From positions 11,780,001 through 11,844,000 of the forward strand of contig JBHGNT010000004.1 in NCBI GenBank assembly GCA_043228905.1: DNA of 64,000 nucleotides. Direction: 5' to 3'. Shown one piece after another: positions 47,910-61,512 of this stretch. This stretch comes from Azolla caroliniana. Lineage: Eukaryota; Plantae; Polypodiophyta. Under the pieces are notes generated by a model. The model worked only from the letters and a program-made list of their open reading frames with translations, was not told where the DNA came from and made no database searches. The number at the start of each line of letters is the position of its first letter. Position 1 is the stretch's first letter. The position numbers and the translations under genes are program-made.

Positions 47910-49304
47910 ATGAAGGACCAAAGGGACCTTCATTACTTCCTCGGGATTGAAGTGATCTGCACCCCCGAAGGCATACTGATTAGCCAACGACATTACGTGT
48001 TGAGTATGCTCTTCAAATTCGGGATGGCTAACTATAAGTCCGTCTCGACTCCTCTGGATAGAATTGTCAAGCTTCGCCCCAATTCCGGAAAGGTATGTGA
48101 CCCGACAAGGTTTCGACATATAGTCGGAAGCCTTATATACTTGACCATCACTCGACCAGATCTCAGCTACCCGGTCAGGGTTATTAGTCAATTTATGTTG
48201 CGACCTACTGAGAAGCACCTTCAGTGTGCGCAACGCGTACTACGGTACGTCAATGGCACTAAGGACTGGGGGCTACTATATAGGGCCGATATTGCCACAC
48301 AATTGGTTGGTTACACCAATGTTGATTGGGCTGCAAACGTCGCCGATCGCCGATCCACGTCCGGTTTCGCGTTCTCTCTCGGGAGTGTCACGATCGCGTG
48401 GAGTAGCAAGAAGCAGCCGATAGTTGCGTTGTCGAGCACCGAAGCCGAGCATAGAGGAGCGGTTGTCACGACGTGCGAAGCCATATGGTTGAAGCGGCTA
48501 CTTAAGGATTTGCAAGTCGAGGTACCCAATCCAACGACAATCTACTACGATAACCTCAACAGTATCCAGCTCGCAAGGAACCCCGTTTTCCACGCTCGGA
48601 CTAAGCACATTGAGTTTCACTACCATTTTGTCCATGAGCATGTTCTCTCCGGTGAAATCGAACTTCAGTATGTTCCGACGGATCGGCAGACCGCCGACAT
48701 CTTCACCAAGCCTCTTGGTCTGGACAAGTTGCGGCAATTCTCGGGTGCGCTTGGGCTACGCCACCTCGACGTGCCGAACTTGAGGGGGAGAGATGTCCAT
48801 AATGTCCATGATGACCACAGAAGGGAGCAGGAAAGGAGCAGAAAAGACCATGACACAGAGTCGGATGACGAATTCGATTTCGGAATGGCTGAAGAAGCCG
48901 AGGGTGGACCCGCGGAAGATTCTAAAAGCGGACATAAGGGGAGTAATCGAAAGGAAGAGCCGAAGCCAACCAAGGGCGAGAAGACCGAGGACGAGTTGGA
49001 GACAGCCAACTCGGACGAGAGCAAAAACCGATCGGAGGAAGCCGAGTCGGTTTGGATGTTTGATTCAGATACGTTGAATCAACCAAGGGCCAAGCGGAAG
49101 AGAAGGCAACAGAAGGGGTGCCAACACCACAACAGCAAGGAAGCTAAGAAGGGTCGTGTGAGCAGACAAGCCGATCGAAAGGGTCGAGGCACGCGGAATC
49201 GAACGGGTCGAGGAGCGCGAGCGAGGTGTGAAACCAGAAGGAACTGGAGAGCAAATCCGGAAGAACAGATGAAACCTCAAGTTGAGCTTGAGGGGGAGTG
49301 TTGA
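47910..49304 (+). CDS. C2b RT end, RNase H and ~170-aa charged C-terminal tail
   Basis: 464-aa ORF containing RRSTSG, ALSSTEAE, HARTKHIE, ADIFTK, then HLDVPNLRG...VELEGEC. Confidence 0.85.
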   Translation: MKDQRDLHYFLGIEVICTPEGILISQRHYVLSMLFKFGMANYKSVSTPLDRIVKLRPNSGKVCDPTRFRHIVGSLIYLTITRPDLSYPVRVISQFMLRPTEKHLQCAQRVLRYVNGTKDWGLLYRADIATQLVGYTNVDWAANVADRRSTSGFAFSLGSVTIAWSSKKQPIVALSSTEAEHRGAVVTTCEAIWLKRLLKDLQVEVPNPTTIYYDNLNSIQLARNPVFHARTKHIEFHYHFVHEHVLSGEIELQYVPTDRQTADIFTKPLGLDKLRQFSGALGLRHLDVPNLRGRDVHNVHDDHRREQERSRKDHDTESDDEFDFGMAEEAEGGPAEDSKSGHKGSNRKEEPKPTKGEKTEDELETANSDESKNRSEEAESVWMFDSDTLNQPRAKRKRRQQKGCQHHNSKEAKKGRVSRQADRKGRGTRNRTGRGARARCETRRNWRANPEEQMKPQVELEGEC

Positions 49305-49751
49305 GATACAAGCTCAACATTGGCCGGATCAGTTGTGCAAGCCGAGAACCGGATCGGTTGGGGCCAATCGGTTAGGCCGGACCGGTGCGTAAAACGGGAG
49401 CGTAAACCGTTACGCAAACCGGTGCGTAACGAGAAGTCGTAGCGGTGCGTAAACCGCGAGGCCGTTGGAAATATATTCCGTGTAGGAATATATTTTGGGA
49501 GTTAGCGTAGAGCTCATTTATGAGCAGTCAAGTACTGTCAGTACTTGTGTCAGCCCGATTGTCAAGGCTTGTATAAAAGGTGCTCACTAAGCACGGTGTA
49601 TGTACAAACAGAGTGATATTTTGAATTGAGTTTTTCTATTCTCTCTCTCTGTCTCTCCCACGTACTATCTATACTCTAAGCTCTCCATTAAACCTGCATA
49701 TTCTCTATGTTCGGTTTTCTATTGCTTCTACACGTATTCGTTTACAAAAGT

Positions 49752-50413
49752 GAATGAGGCAGACCCCTAGTCCGGCGCTCTTCCAGGTGAAATTCAAAAA
49801 GATGATTGTCACAATGGACTGCTTGTGAAATTGCTTGGGATAACGAGGTGGGCTTGGGAAAGTTCAAGAGAAGATTCTTAACATTGCTCTGAAGGCCCCA
49901 CCAAAAGTGATAAGTTAAAGCTTGATCATCCCAATTGACGTCGCATGCTAGTTGTCGGAATTCTAATGCATAGGCAAAAGGTGCATGCGAACCTTGTTCG
50001 AGTGCATAAATCTTGGTGAGGGTTGTATGTCTTCGGTCCATCTCTGCAAATATGGCCTCTTAATTCGTAAATGTATGCACAAGAGTAGAAGGTATTAAAG
50101 GGATGAGTTAATTAATTGAAAGACTATAACTGGTGTTGTTCACCTTTATTGTAATCTAGGTGAACTCACATATTTATACAAGTTCTAAGATTGAATATCT
50201 CAAGAATATACCTAAGAAATATCTCTAGAATATACCCAAGAAATATCTCTATAATATACTAAAGTTTAGAATATTCTGAATGTAATATATGCTAAACTAT
50301 ACAAATTAAACCATATACAATTTACATGTAACTTAAGGGTTTCCAAATGGTTTATCTAATACTAAATATTGGGTGTGTTATAGGTACTCAGAGATTCGAG
50401 TCTAGATGTGACA
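49752..50413 (-). mobile_element. Chromovirus-like remnant: gag (49752-50060) and probable LTR fragment ending at 50413
   Basis: YALEFRQLACDVNWDDQAL..FWWGL..VKNLLL; minus-strand start TGTCACATCTAG; short GAATATCTC repeats. Confidence 0.65.
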
Positions 50414-51458
50414 CAGACCGCCATCTAGAACAATTCAAACTTCTGTGCCAATCTTCCGAGAGAGACCTGCATCATTTCGTCCTCCTCGACGGTCACGTTG
50501 ATGGAGGTGAGAGAGTCGCAGATGTCCTTACTGTAGTCAGCCACCAACATGTCTTTTATCGGATGTTGCTCAGCTCCTTCCTGAGCTAAAGCTTTCTGGA
50601 TGTGGTGCTCACAGCGAAAATCTTCTTTATATTTCCCCAAGCCTCCTTTGGCATCTTGGCCTCCCGGATGTAGCTCAATAGCTGATCACCGACACTGAAT
50701 CTGAAGCAGTAAAGAAATTTGCTTGCCGATTGTTCCCAAGCCGTAAAATCCATGTGTGTCGAATCTGGTGCAGGATCATTTACTCCTTCAACATAACTCC
50801 AGTAACTGTGTCCGAGCAGGTACTAGTGCATCTTGTACAACCAAGATGAATACTTGTTTCTGTCGAGCTTCTCCATCAGAAGCGAACTTCCCATACCTCT
50901 GTTCATTTCTCTTTTAACCTGTTCTTATCAGGTGTTAAGTCTTGGTTTGAGATAAAAGCTCTTGTCGGCAGTAGAGTATGTTCTAACCCTCATGCTCGGA
51001 TACCATGTTAAGATAAATATGCAGAAGCTAAACAGATCTCAACCACCTCAGCCAGATAGCAACAAAAAACACAGAGAATGGAATACACATAGTAGGTGAG
51101 AGAGACAAAGAAAGAGACAGAGAAAGCAAGACAATAATCTCAATTTCAAAAGCTCCATAAAAGTCTGTACATACAAATGTGCTTTAGAACACTTTTTATA
51201 GAAGTCCTTAAAAGGACTGACAAGTACTTCAATGCTCGTACTGAGCTACTGACACTAACTACTACAACCATAACTACCTAGAGGACTAGGAGTGTAGGCC
51301 TCCAACGGCCCACCGGTTCGCACATGGGTTCATCTCTCCGATGCGGCTTACCTTACTATACACCAATCCGGCTACCGTACACCGATCCGGCTCTTTGTTC
51401 TGGACACCGATTCGGGCTTCGGCTGGATCCGGATCATGTTGAGCTTGCTCGCTCAACA
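50414..51458 (-). mobile_element. Copia C2c, 5' end (LTR 51006-51458, PBS, gag); outermost element of the nest
   Basis: Minus strand TGTTGAGCGAGCAAGCTCAACA; TGGTATCCGAGC; MGSSLLMEKLDRNKYSSWLYKMH. Confidence 0.85.
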
Positions 51459-51769
51459 ATTCACGAATATGTATAAATATAGGTGGTAGTCCTTTTGTAA
51501 TATTTGTACATTCTTTTGTAAGTTTCACATGTCTATTATTTAGGCATTTTTTAAAAGCCCTAAAATTTTAGACATGCTAAAAATGAATCTCTTTTGGGTC
51601 ATTTTTGAAAAACCTTTATGCATGCAACACCCTTTTTGTGAAACGACCTATTTTGTGCCTTTTTTTTACGGACAATTCTTAAAATGCAACATATTACATG
51701 TTTCAAATGATCCGGTGTTTTGAATGAAACTCTCACCTTTTCCCATTTGATTATGTATACTTAGATGCA

Positions 51770-52223
51770 TGTTGATAAGGAAACAAATGTTAAGCACATG
51801 TGCTACATACATAGCACAAGCCATGATGATATTAGCATTGGTACCAAAGACCAAGTGTGAGACCCAAAGAAAGGGAACACAATAGAGTTAATCCTAGAGC
51901 TTTAAGACTAATGGATCCCCAATGTTAAAGGGGGTAACTCTTTGTAAAAGAACTATAAATGCCACTTTTGTATGATTCTAGTTCTACTTGTTGATCTCCT
52001 AACTATATAAGCCCGTACCATTATAAGCTTGAACTCTCTCTTTCTCATAATTACGAGAGATTAGTGTTAAGTACTCTTTGAGCCAAAGCCAAGCCCTAAT
52101 CTCTTCTTCTCTTGTATATCTATTGGTTATTCTCATTTAATCAAAGTGTGGTTAGTTTACGTGTTTGTATTCTTCTACTTACCTACATTATCTAATGTCG
52201 TAAGCCTTAATATGGCATGAGCG
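51770..52223 (+). repeat. Possible ancient LTR with a degenerate Met PBS
   Basis: TGTTGA start, CTATATAAG, CT-rich tract, TGGCATGAGC at 52213. Confidence 0.3.
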
Positions 52224-55030
52224 AACTTCTCCATAATGATAGTCGTTGAGAGATGGGAATGCAATTTTGTTAGGTATAAGTACATGAGGTTAGTGGTTCG
52301 AGAGTGTTTAACCAGTCTCACTTGATTTTCCATCAATAGCTTATATAGTGGCCTAGACTTTGACTAATGATATATCGATGTGGAGGTATAAGTTCATTCA
52401 TACAAAGATGTGAATCTCATGCGAACAACTTGAGCCAACAAAACAAAGTGACAAGATAAATAATAATGATACTCCATACCTAATATATAATAAAAACTAG
52501 TTTATAACCTTAAAAAGAGATTCGTAATGCCACCACAAAAGGCAAATGTATGTGCCATTACACACAAACTTAATTGCCAAAGTTGTCTTAAAGCTATGGT
52601 AGTAAGAAGAAACCATAAGCAATTCAATATAAAAAGTAGAGTAGCACATGGATGTGTACATGTTCCAACCCACATGCAAACAAGGCAAAGCTCGCAAATG
52701 TAGCATACTATATCCATTCTCACATGCACAAGTGTAACTTTGTTCTTAACTCTATGTTAGTAAGAGCTAAAGGTATGGAGTTCTATGTAAGGTTGACAAT
52801 CACTCTAGAAGAAATTTTTGTCGAATAAAAAAGGTCTAGTATAAAAGACTCATTCACATCACTTGGACAAAGTATCAATAAACTTTTCTTCTACCTTTGA
52901 TCATTGTTTGTGCCTATGTAAGGAAAGTTGTCCAAGTGGAGGGGCCATCATTGTTTGTTTCGATGCTTTGTTTATGTAAGGAGAGGAGGGAGGCATCCTT
53001 ATTACATATATGTAAACTAGATTCTATTTATTTGTATATTGATAGAATCTAGGATTATATTAAAATACTACTTTCATAGTTGTACACTGAACTTATTTTT
53101 TTTATTGATACTAACAAATGTTTGTTCATGATTGGTAAATACCAATGATTAGTAGGTTTAGAACGAACCTAATAAACATGGTCATATGAGGGTCAAGAGA
53201 CACACCCCTTGTGATCATTTTCGCAAATGGTAGCTAATCATATCGATGAGCTCTATGCCATTTAGCAACCTAGGAGACAACAATACCTTTGTCCTAAATG
53301 AAAACAATTCTCTTGTACATGATATATAAAAATTTCTTATCCACACCTTGCCTGGTTTGAATGTGCAAATTCATTTATGATATGCATAATTGTTTGAAAT
53401 GTTCAATCAAATTAATATAATATCCTTAAATAACAAAGGTTGTCTTGTTTTATTATCGAGTTTTTGGATACACCATGCCATTGATTCCCTTTATGTTATA
53501 GTACATACTTGTAAATAGTGGATTTTGATAGAATCTATTTATCAACTAGTAGATTATTAGAGATCCTAAAAAGTTATACTCATAGAGCTACGGAAAATGT
53601 GAGATTCTTCATTGGTACGAAAAACATGGAAAGTGAGAAAGGGAAGTTACATTATTTTGTTTCAAAAGCTTAATGAATTTATGTCATAAACTAAAGTTGC
53701 ATACACCATTCCATTAGTATGTTTAGGATAGGATTAATGAGAATGAGGGAAGACGGACTTCTTCAACTTTATCTTACTTGATGTTTGATTTGATGTGACG
53801 ATATGTGGGACTCACTGATATGCTATATCAAATATCATATCCAATTATATCCTTACTTACCAAGTTCCATTATATATATATATAATTTATTTAAAATAAT
53901 ACGCTACTAAATTCAACTTTCCAAACGTGGAGTTACTGTAAGAATCATAAGTCATTATCAAAATTCAAAATCATAAATTATTGAGAAGATTCCTTTGTTT
54001 TTTTCCACAAAATTCTTGGATACCAATACCACTTCTAGGTCCCAAATCAAGATCATTTTGAAATAGTGTTGAGGTTGACTGATAAGCAAGGCAAATTTCT
54101 ATTACACAAAACAAAACTATGATTGGCGTTGCAAAAATGCTTTTGAAATCTACACACCATTGTTAGAGATTATATGCATATGTATATATCCACACACAAC
54201 GTCGTAGTTTTCATCTTGTTTTGGTAGAAGAAACAGTAGGGACACTCGAATTTTTCGAACTCAATGGTGAGAGAGAAAGGAGCAAAAAAAGGACATTGAT
54301 GAATAAGCTTCAAAAAGTGCATGGCCTGTAATTGATTAGATGGCTTTTATTACAAAAAATTGTCAATTCCCTCGATACCCTTTTTGTTTTCGTAGTTATG
54401 CTTAGCTGATTGAGAAAAATTATGTTCCTTATTTTGCAACCAAATGTGAATTCCTTCAAAGTGTGTACCCCCATCATTCAACAAGTATAGCCTATGAAAG
54501 TGTCAAAGAATTCCATTATGGATTATAAGCATTGTCTTAAGAAGGTGACCATACTATAATCAATCCTTGCTCTATACAAAGCCAACATATAACATTATTT
54601 GGAAAAATGATTGTTTTCCAACAAGTCCAATGTCATTCATTGCTTGAAGCTTTACCATTAGACCATCACATTTGTACACTAGGATATTTTTCTTATGAGG
54701 TACATTCATGAAACTACAAATACATATATTCATGGTTCACCCATTAAGTTCATTAGCAAACATGAACTGAGAAAGGAGCATAGGCGAGAATATCCCTTAA
54801 TCCTAATTTTGACACTCTAGGAATTTAGCATTGTATAATTTAAGACTAGTTATTGATCGATCCATAGTACATAATATACTCGAATGCATTGGCAAAAATT
54901 CTTTTTCATACAATACAAATGAATGCATATGTTATCAAAACATTCTTATGTTTTTTTTAAACACTTTTTACCTTAACTTTCTTACCTTTAAAAAAACCTT
55001 ATAATAAATAATGAATACAAAAGTATGGTA

Positions 55031-55087
55031 TTTACCATACTTTGAGGGTGTTTACCATACTCGAATGATTGAGGGTGTTTACCATGC
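55031..55087. repeat. Short tandem repeat TTTACCATAC/TTGAGGGTG
   Basis: TTTACCAT three times, twice preceded by TTGAGGGTG. Confidence 0.7.
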
Positions 55088-55585
55088 ACGTATGGTACGT
55101 TGTCGTGGGGAATTTCGGCCACAAGGAGAAAAGGGACCGGAGAGGCATGCACGGACGTGCGTGAAAATAAATTGTGTACTTGTAAATAACATAGGACTAG
55201 GCTAGCTCGGCGTGATGTATAAAACTTTAATAGGGAAAATTAAATAAGGGAATAAATCTAGGCGAATCTTTGTTCGGGACGACAGAGATTAATTACTTGA
55301 TGTAATAGCCCTCTCCCTCCTTGGTCTATAAAAGGAGGTAGAGAGGACTGAGTTCGGGATCACGTGTTTAGGGAGAATGAAGTGTTGTCGGACTGGGAAC
55401 CGAGCACCTATTTTCTGTACTCTTTGCATTTTATTTTTTTTTGTTTCCTCTTAGGTCGGATGCCTCTGTTCGCGTAGGAAGCCTGTGTGCTCCCGACAGA
55501 GGCTCCATATTGTACCTCAGGGATTGGTGTGCGTGGATTGCTCGCTGAGATCGTAGCTCGGCTACCGGCCAAGCCGGTTGTAACT

Positions 55586-58500
55586 TGTTGAGCGGTAAGC
55601 TCAACCAGATCTGCATCGCCTGAGCCAGATCAGCATCCGGAAGGATGAAGCCGGGTCGGCATCCGGAAGGATGAAGCCAGATCGGTGAGACGGATCGAAC
55701 GGATCGACGAGCCAGTGAGCTGGGGAGCCGGTTAGCCGGATCCAGCAGTAATCGGAAGCCTAGTAATAGCTTAGATTACTAGGTAGTTATTGTCTCGTAG
55801 TTAGAGTCAGACGCTCGTGTGAGCATTGAAGTATGTTGTACTTCTGTCAGTCCCATGAGGACTTGTATAAATAGTCTTGTTGAGCACGTTGTATGTACAG
55901 TGTTGATATAATTTTTTGAACTTAGATTCTTGTTTTGCTCTCTCTGTCTCTCCCGAGTACTCTCTATATTATGTGTATTATTCTCTCTCTGTTGCTACAC
56001 AGCCAAGTTGTTGTCTTATGCTTCCGCACATACGTTCTCACATGGTATCAGAGCGTGAGGGTTGAAGACCTCTGTAGCCGGCATTTGCTTTCGCAAGACA
56101 AACCCTACAGGTTGTGAGAACAGAACAGTAGACAGAGAAAAAATATGGACAGAGGTATGGCGAGTTCACTTCCTACAGAGAAGCTCGACTAGAGCAACTA
56201 CACGTCTTGGTCATACAAAATGCACCAGTACCTACTGGGGCATGGGTATTGGATTTTCGTGGAAGGAACAAACGAGGTAGCACCAGCGCCTGCACACGAG
56301 GACTTCCCGGTATGGGAGCAAGGAGCGAGCCGAGTATTATACTACCTCGCATCCTGTGTGCACGACCAGATGCTTGGCAACATCAGGGATGCAAAGACGC
56401 CAAAGGAGGCCTGGGAAAATCTGCGTAAGATTTTCGCCGCAAGTACCACAACCCGCAAGTTGCAGCTCTGGGAAGAGTTAAACAACATCCGACAAAGAGA
56501 TATGTCGGTTACGGACTACACCACCAAATTAAAGGAGATTTGTGACGTGCTCGGGTTCATCAACGTGACGGTGGACGAAGACGAAATGGTACAAATCTGC
56601 CTTGGTGGTCTAGCGCAAAGGTACGGGCCAATCCAGACAACGATCTGCACCCGGGAGAACCCACCAACCTTCTTCGACTTGCAATCGATGTTGATGGTCG
56701 AAGAAAACCACGTGAGTGGGTCCAGGACCACTCAATTGGACAGCCGGATGTTGTACACGGAGGCGGATAGACCCCATGGGTGTGGGGGACGAGGTGGGTC
56801 GGCACACACTGGAGGCGGCCGGCAAGAGCAGGAAAGAAGGCACAGAGAACGTGCCGACAGCAGTTCCGGGACTTCCACAAGCAGGGGGAGTCAAGGCGGC
56901 GTCGGAGGCCGGCAAGAAAAATCTACCACGAAATGCTGGTACTGTGGCAAAAAGGGTCACAGAGAAAGCGAGTGTTGGAAGAAGCGCACCGATTCAGACA
57001 GATCTAGATCCGGCAAAACCGATCAAGAGAACCAGCAAAGCTCGCACTACGCGCAAGGATCGAAAGGATCCGGAACCGAGAAGACCGGTAAGGGGCCAGC
57101 CTTGGTGATGAAGCACGAAGCAAATTCGATGAAGAAGACCACTTCCAAATCGGAGGAAGTATGGTATGTTGATTCCGGTGCGTCAAATCACATGACGAGC
57201 CACAAAGAGTGGTTCTCCTTCTTGGAGAAACCGAAACAACCGGAGGTCGTCGAAATTGAAGACGACACTCCTCACCCAATCGTGCATGTCGGAGAAGTCC
57301 CTTTGAACCACGTCGGACAGAGGGGGAAGCTGATGAACGTATTACACGTTCCGACTATCACGAAGAACTTGGTGTCAGTCGATCAGATCGTTGACCAGGG
57401 GATGCAGGTGCGGTTTACGCACCTTGGGTGCTTCATTGATGACGAGGGCCAGGTTATTGCACAAGGGCGTAAAGACGGGAGGATGTTCATCCTCAACACC
57501 AATGACGTCGTCACCGCATTGTTTGCCAAAGGACAAAAGATTGAAATGGATATAGATCTCTGGCACAAGCGGATCGGCCACGTCAATTACCGGCGACTTC
57601 AAGACTTGCAAACGAAACAAGTTGTTTTTGGTTTGCCGAAGTTTAGTGGTCGGAAGGCCCATGTATGTGAAGCCTGCCAACTCGGGAAGCAACACTGACT
57701 TCCATTCCCCACCGAATGAAACCGTAGCCATAACAAGCTCGACCTTATTCATTCGGATGTATGGGGACCGGCATAGAACGTGAGTCTTGGCGGGAGTCAA
57801 TACTTCGTCTCCTTCATCGACGACTATAGCCGACACACATGGATCTACCTCATTGAGCGGAAGAGCGAAGTCTTCGATTGTTTCCGGAACCTCCAAAGCA
57901 TGGTGGAACGAGAATCGGAGAGGAAGATCAAGTGCCTACGATTAGATGGCGGAAAAGAACATTTTTCCAGCTAATTCAACAGTTATCTACAACGAACAGG
58001 AATTCGGAGAGAGTTCAACTACAGATACACACCGAAGCAAAACGGTGTGGCCGAAAGGAAGAACCGGTCCCTTGTCGACGCGGCAAGGGCAATGCTGGAA
58101 GAGAAGAGCATGCCCCATTTCTACTGGGCGGAAGCGGTCCGGACGGTCGTCTACATTCAGAACCGGATCAGTGACAAGGTGTCCACGCATGAGCTGTATT
58201 TCGGGTGCAACCCAAATTTGAGACACCTTCGAATATTCGGCAGCATAGCATATGTGCATGTGCCGGATGAGAAGCGGAGGAAGTTGGATGCAAAATCGGA
58301 GAAGTGCATCCTCGTCGGCTACTCACATGAGCAAAAGGGGTATAAGTGTTATAACCCTTGGATGAAGCAGGTCTGAGTTAGCTGTGATGTCGAGTTTGAT
58401 GAAACTGCATCATTGTACTCCTTACCAACTCTGACTTCCGACCCCGACCCGATGCCGGAGGATGAGGCTAGTGAGCCTGAACCGGCCCAGGTAGAAGATG

Positions 58501-61500
58501 ATGAATCCAGGACTCAAGAAGAGAGTCCGGAATCGTTTCGGTTGAGTGGGCCAAATGAGAGACTGGGTCAATCCGACCAGTCAGATGAGGAACCGGCGAG
58601 TAGTGAAGACTCTGCCATGCTCTCCCTACACAAGGACCCGAGGAGACGGTTCACGCACAAAGAAAAGGGGAAGAAGAAGATGTCGGAATACGAAACCGGC
58701 AACGATGAGTCGGATCGGAGCGAATCCGACTCCGGTGCGAAAGAAGGCGGATCTTCGACAACAAAGACCGCACTGGCCAAGAAGGGCCTCAAACCGGGTA
58801 AGAGTGAGTTACGCCGGTCAACCCGCCAGAAGGAACCTGTTAAGCGGTACGGGTACAATGAGTACATGGCGCATCACTATGCGTACATGACCAAGGTGGC
58901 GGAAGTGCGTGAGCCGGAGAGCTACGCAAAAGCGGCAAAGGATGCAAATTGGCGTGCCACTATGGAGGTAGAAATGCGGGCACTTGATGCCAACGACACA
59001 TGGGACCTAGTTGACCCTCCCCGACACTGTAAAACCGATCGGATGCAAGTGGGTGTACAAGGTAAAGTACAACACCGACGGTTCAGTTAACTGGTACAAG
59101 GCCCGGTTAGTGGCGAAGGATACGCGCAGACCCACGGAATCGACTACGACGAGACCTTCGCCCCAGCAGCGAAGATGACGACGGTTCGTGTGGTAATGGC
59201 AGTTGTTGTGGCAAGGGGGTGGCATCTTCACCAGATGGACGTGAAGAATGCGTTTCTTCAAGGAGATCTTGAAGAAGAGGTCTTTATGACCAAACCCCCC
59301 GGTTTCTAGACGGAGATGAACAAGTCGGCGGTATGCCGACCAAAGAAGCCACTCTATGGCTTGAAGCAAGCCCCCTAAGCTTGGAATGCGAAGATCATGC
59401 ACCGGTTGTGTACGATGGGGTTTGCGGCCTCCAAGTTCGACTCTTCGTTGTTCATCTGGCAAGGTCCGGATGGTCCGGTTTGCATTTTGCTGTATGTTGA
59501 TGATCTAGTCATCACCGGACCCAGACTCGATGAAATCAACTGAGTCAAGGCCCAGCTGTCTGACGCATTTGAGATGAAGGACCTGGGGGACCTTCATTAT
59601 TTTCTTGGGATCGAGGTGATCCGAACCCCCGACGGCATATTGCTCTCACAAAGACACTATGTGTTGAATATGATGTAAAAGTTCGGCATGACGGAATGCC
59701 GACCGATATCCACAGCCCTGGACTGGAACCAAAAGCTCCGTCCTGACTCCGGACCGGCCTGCGATGAGAAACGGATCCGAAAAATTGTCAGAAGCCTTAT
59801 ATATTTGACCATCACCCAACCCGACATCAGCTATCCGGTCGGTGTGATTAGCCAATTCATGTAGAAGACGACCATAGAGCATCTTCAGTGCGCACACCGA
59901 ATACTGCGGTATGTGAGCGGCACGGAGGACCGGGGACTGTTATACCGGCAAGGTATAACCGAAGAGCTAGTCGGTTACACTGATGCCGACTAGGTCGGCG
60001 ATGCATCAGATCCCCGATCAACTTTCGATTACATGTTCTCCCTTGGTAGCTCAGCTGTTAAAAGGAGCAGCCAACAGTGGCTCTGTCGAGCACTGAGGCT
60101 AAATACCGGGGCGCTACCGTTGCCACCTGTGAAGCCATTTGGCTTCGGCGACTACTACAAGACCTACTAATCGAGGTGCCGACCCTGATCCTGATCTATT
60201 GCGACAACATAAGCAGCATACAGCTCGCCAAGAACCCCGTATTCCATGCTTGCACAAAGCACATAGAAGTGCACTACCACTTCATGCGTGAGCATGTCCT
60301 AAGCGGTGAAGTCGAACTTCGGTATATTCATACGGATCGGCAAGTCGCCGACATCTTCACCAAACCGCTCAGATCGGACAAGTTGCAGCACTTCACCGAA
60401 ATGCTTGGTGTTCAGCATCTCGACGTGCCACACTTGAGGGGGAGAATGGGCAAAGACACCAGAAAGGGCAAAGGCAAAGAGACTGCCGATTGCGCCAGTG
60501 AGGGAAGAACCAACAAAGGGAGAGACAAAAAGAAGAAAGGAGTCGAGTTGACAAAGGAAGTTGACACATCCGAACAAGTCAGAGCAAGCGGCAACAGCGG
60601 CATAGTCAAGAAGGACAGAGCCGACCGGAAGAAGAAGGCCAAGACCTGGACATGGTCCGATGTGGTGAAGGGCCTGGAACCGGAAAACGAATCGGGAGCG
60701 ACCGATTCGGACAAGAGCTAGAATGAATCAGAGACAGCTGATTCGGTTCAACAAACGGATTCGGAAGAACCGGATCCTTTCAAGGCCAAGAGGATAAGAA
60801 GGCAGTGAAAGTCGACGCCAACACGAAGGAATCAGCGAAGCGGCAAGCGCCGAAGTCACAGTAGCAAGGGAGTTGATTTGGGCCTGTTGAGCAAACAAGG
60901 TGACCAAGGAGGTCGAGATGCGCAGAAACAGAAGGGTCGCGGCAAACGGGACCGAACCGGACAAGGAGCGCGAGCAAGGCGGAGTGACGCCAGAAGGAGC
61001 CAGGTGGAAGGACCGGCTGCCATGGAGACTGACACTACGATCTGACCTCGAGTTAAGCTTGAGGGGGAGTGTTGAGCGGCAAGCTCAATCGGATCTAGAT
61101 CGGCCGAATAAGCCTGAGCCGGATCGGCATCCGGAAGGATGAAGCCAGATCGGTGAGACGGATCGAATGGATCGGCGAGCTGGTGAGCTAGGGAGCCGGT
61201 TAGCCGGATCCAGCCGTAACCGGAAGCCTAGTAATAGCTTAGATTACTAGGTAGTTATTGTCTCGTAGTTAGTGTCAGACGCTCGTGTGAGCATTGAAGT
61301 ACGTTGTACTTCTGTCAGTCCAATGGGGACTTGTATAAATAGTGTTGTTGAGCACGTTGTATGTACAGTGTTGATATAATTTTTTGAACTTAGATTCTTG
61401 TTCTGCTCTCTCTGTCTCTCCCGAGTACTCTCTGTATTCTGTGTATTACTCTCTCTCTCTACTGCTACACAGCCAAGTTGTTGTCTTACGCTTCCACACA

Positions 61501-61512
61501 TACGTTCTCACA
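55586..61512 (+). mobile_element. Full-length, uninterrupted copia C2d; LTRs 55586-56042 and 61070-61512; TSD TAACT; many stops
   Basis: TAACT at 55581-55585 and 61513-61517; PBS at 56043; gag ATG at 56157; PR WYVDSGAS; INT, RT, RH; PPT. Confidence 0.94.

Larger units (their letters stand above)
24817..49746 (+). mobile_element. Full-length copia C2b hosting four younger insertions; 5' LTR 24817-24910 + 32207-32559; 3' LTR 49299-49746
   Basis: TSD GAAGT/AAAGT; PBS at 32560; gag ATG at 32657; INT 39025-40600; RT/RH 43874-44101 and 47500-49304. Confidence 0.9.

Noticed and set aside
52850-53600. Possible decayed DNA-transposon or host exon fragments
   Set aside because: No motif, terminal inverted repeat or splice pattern that I can support without a BLASTX search.
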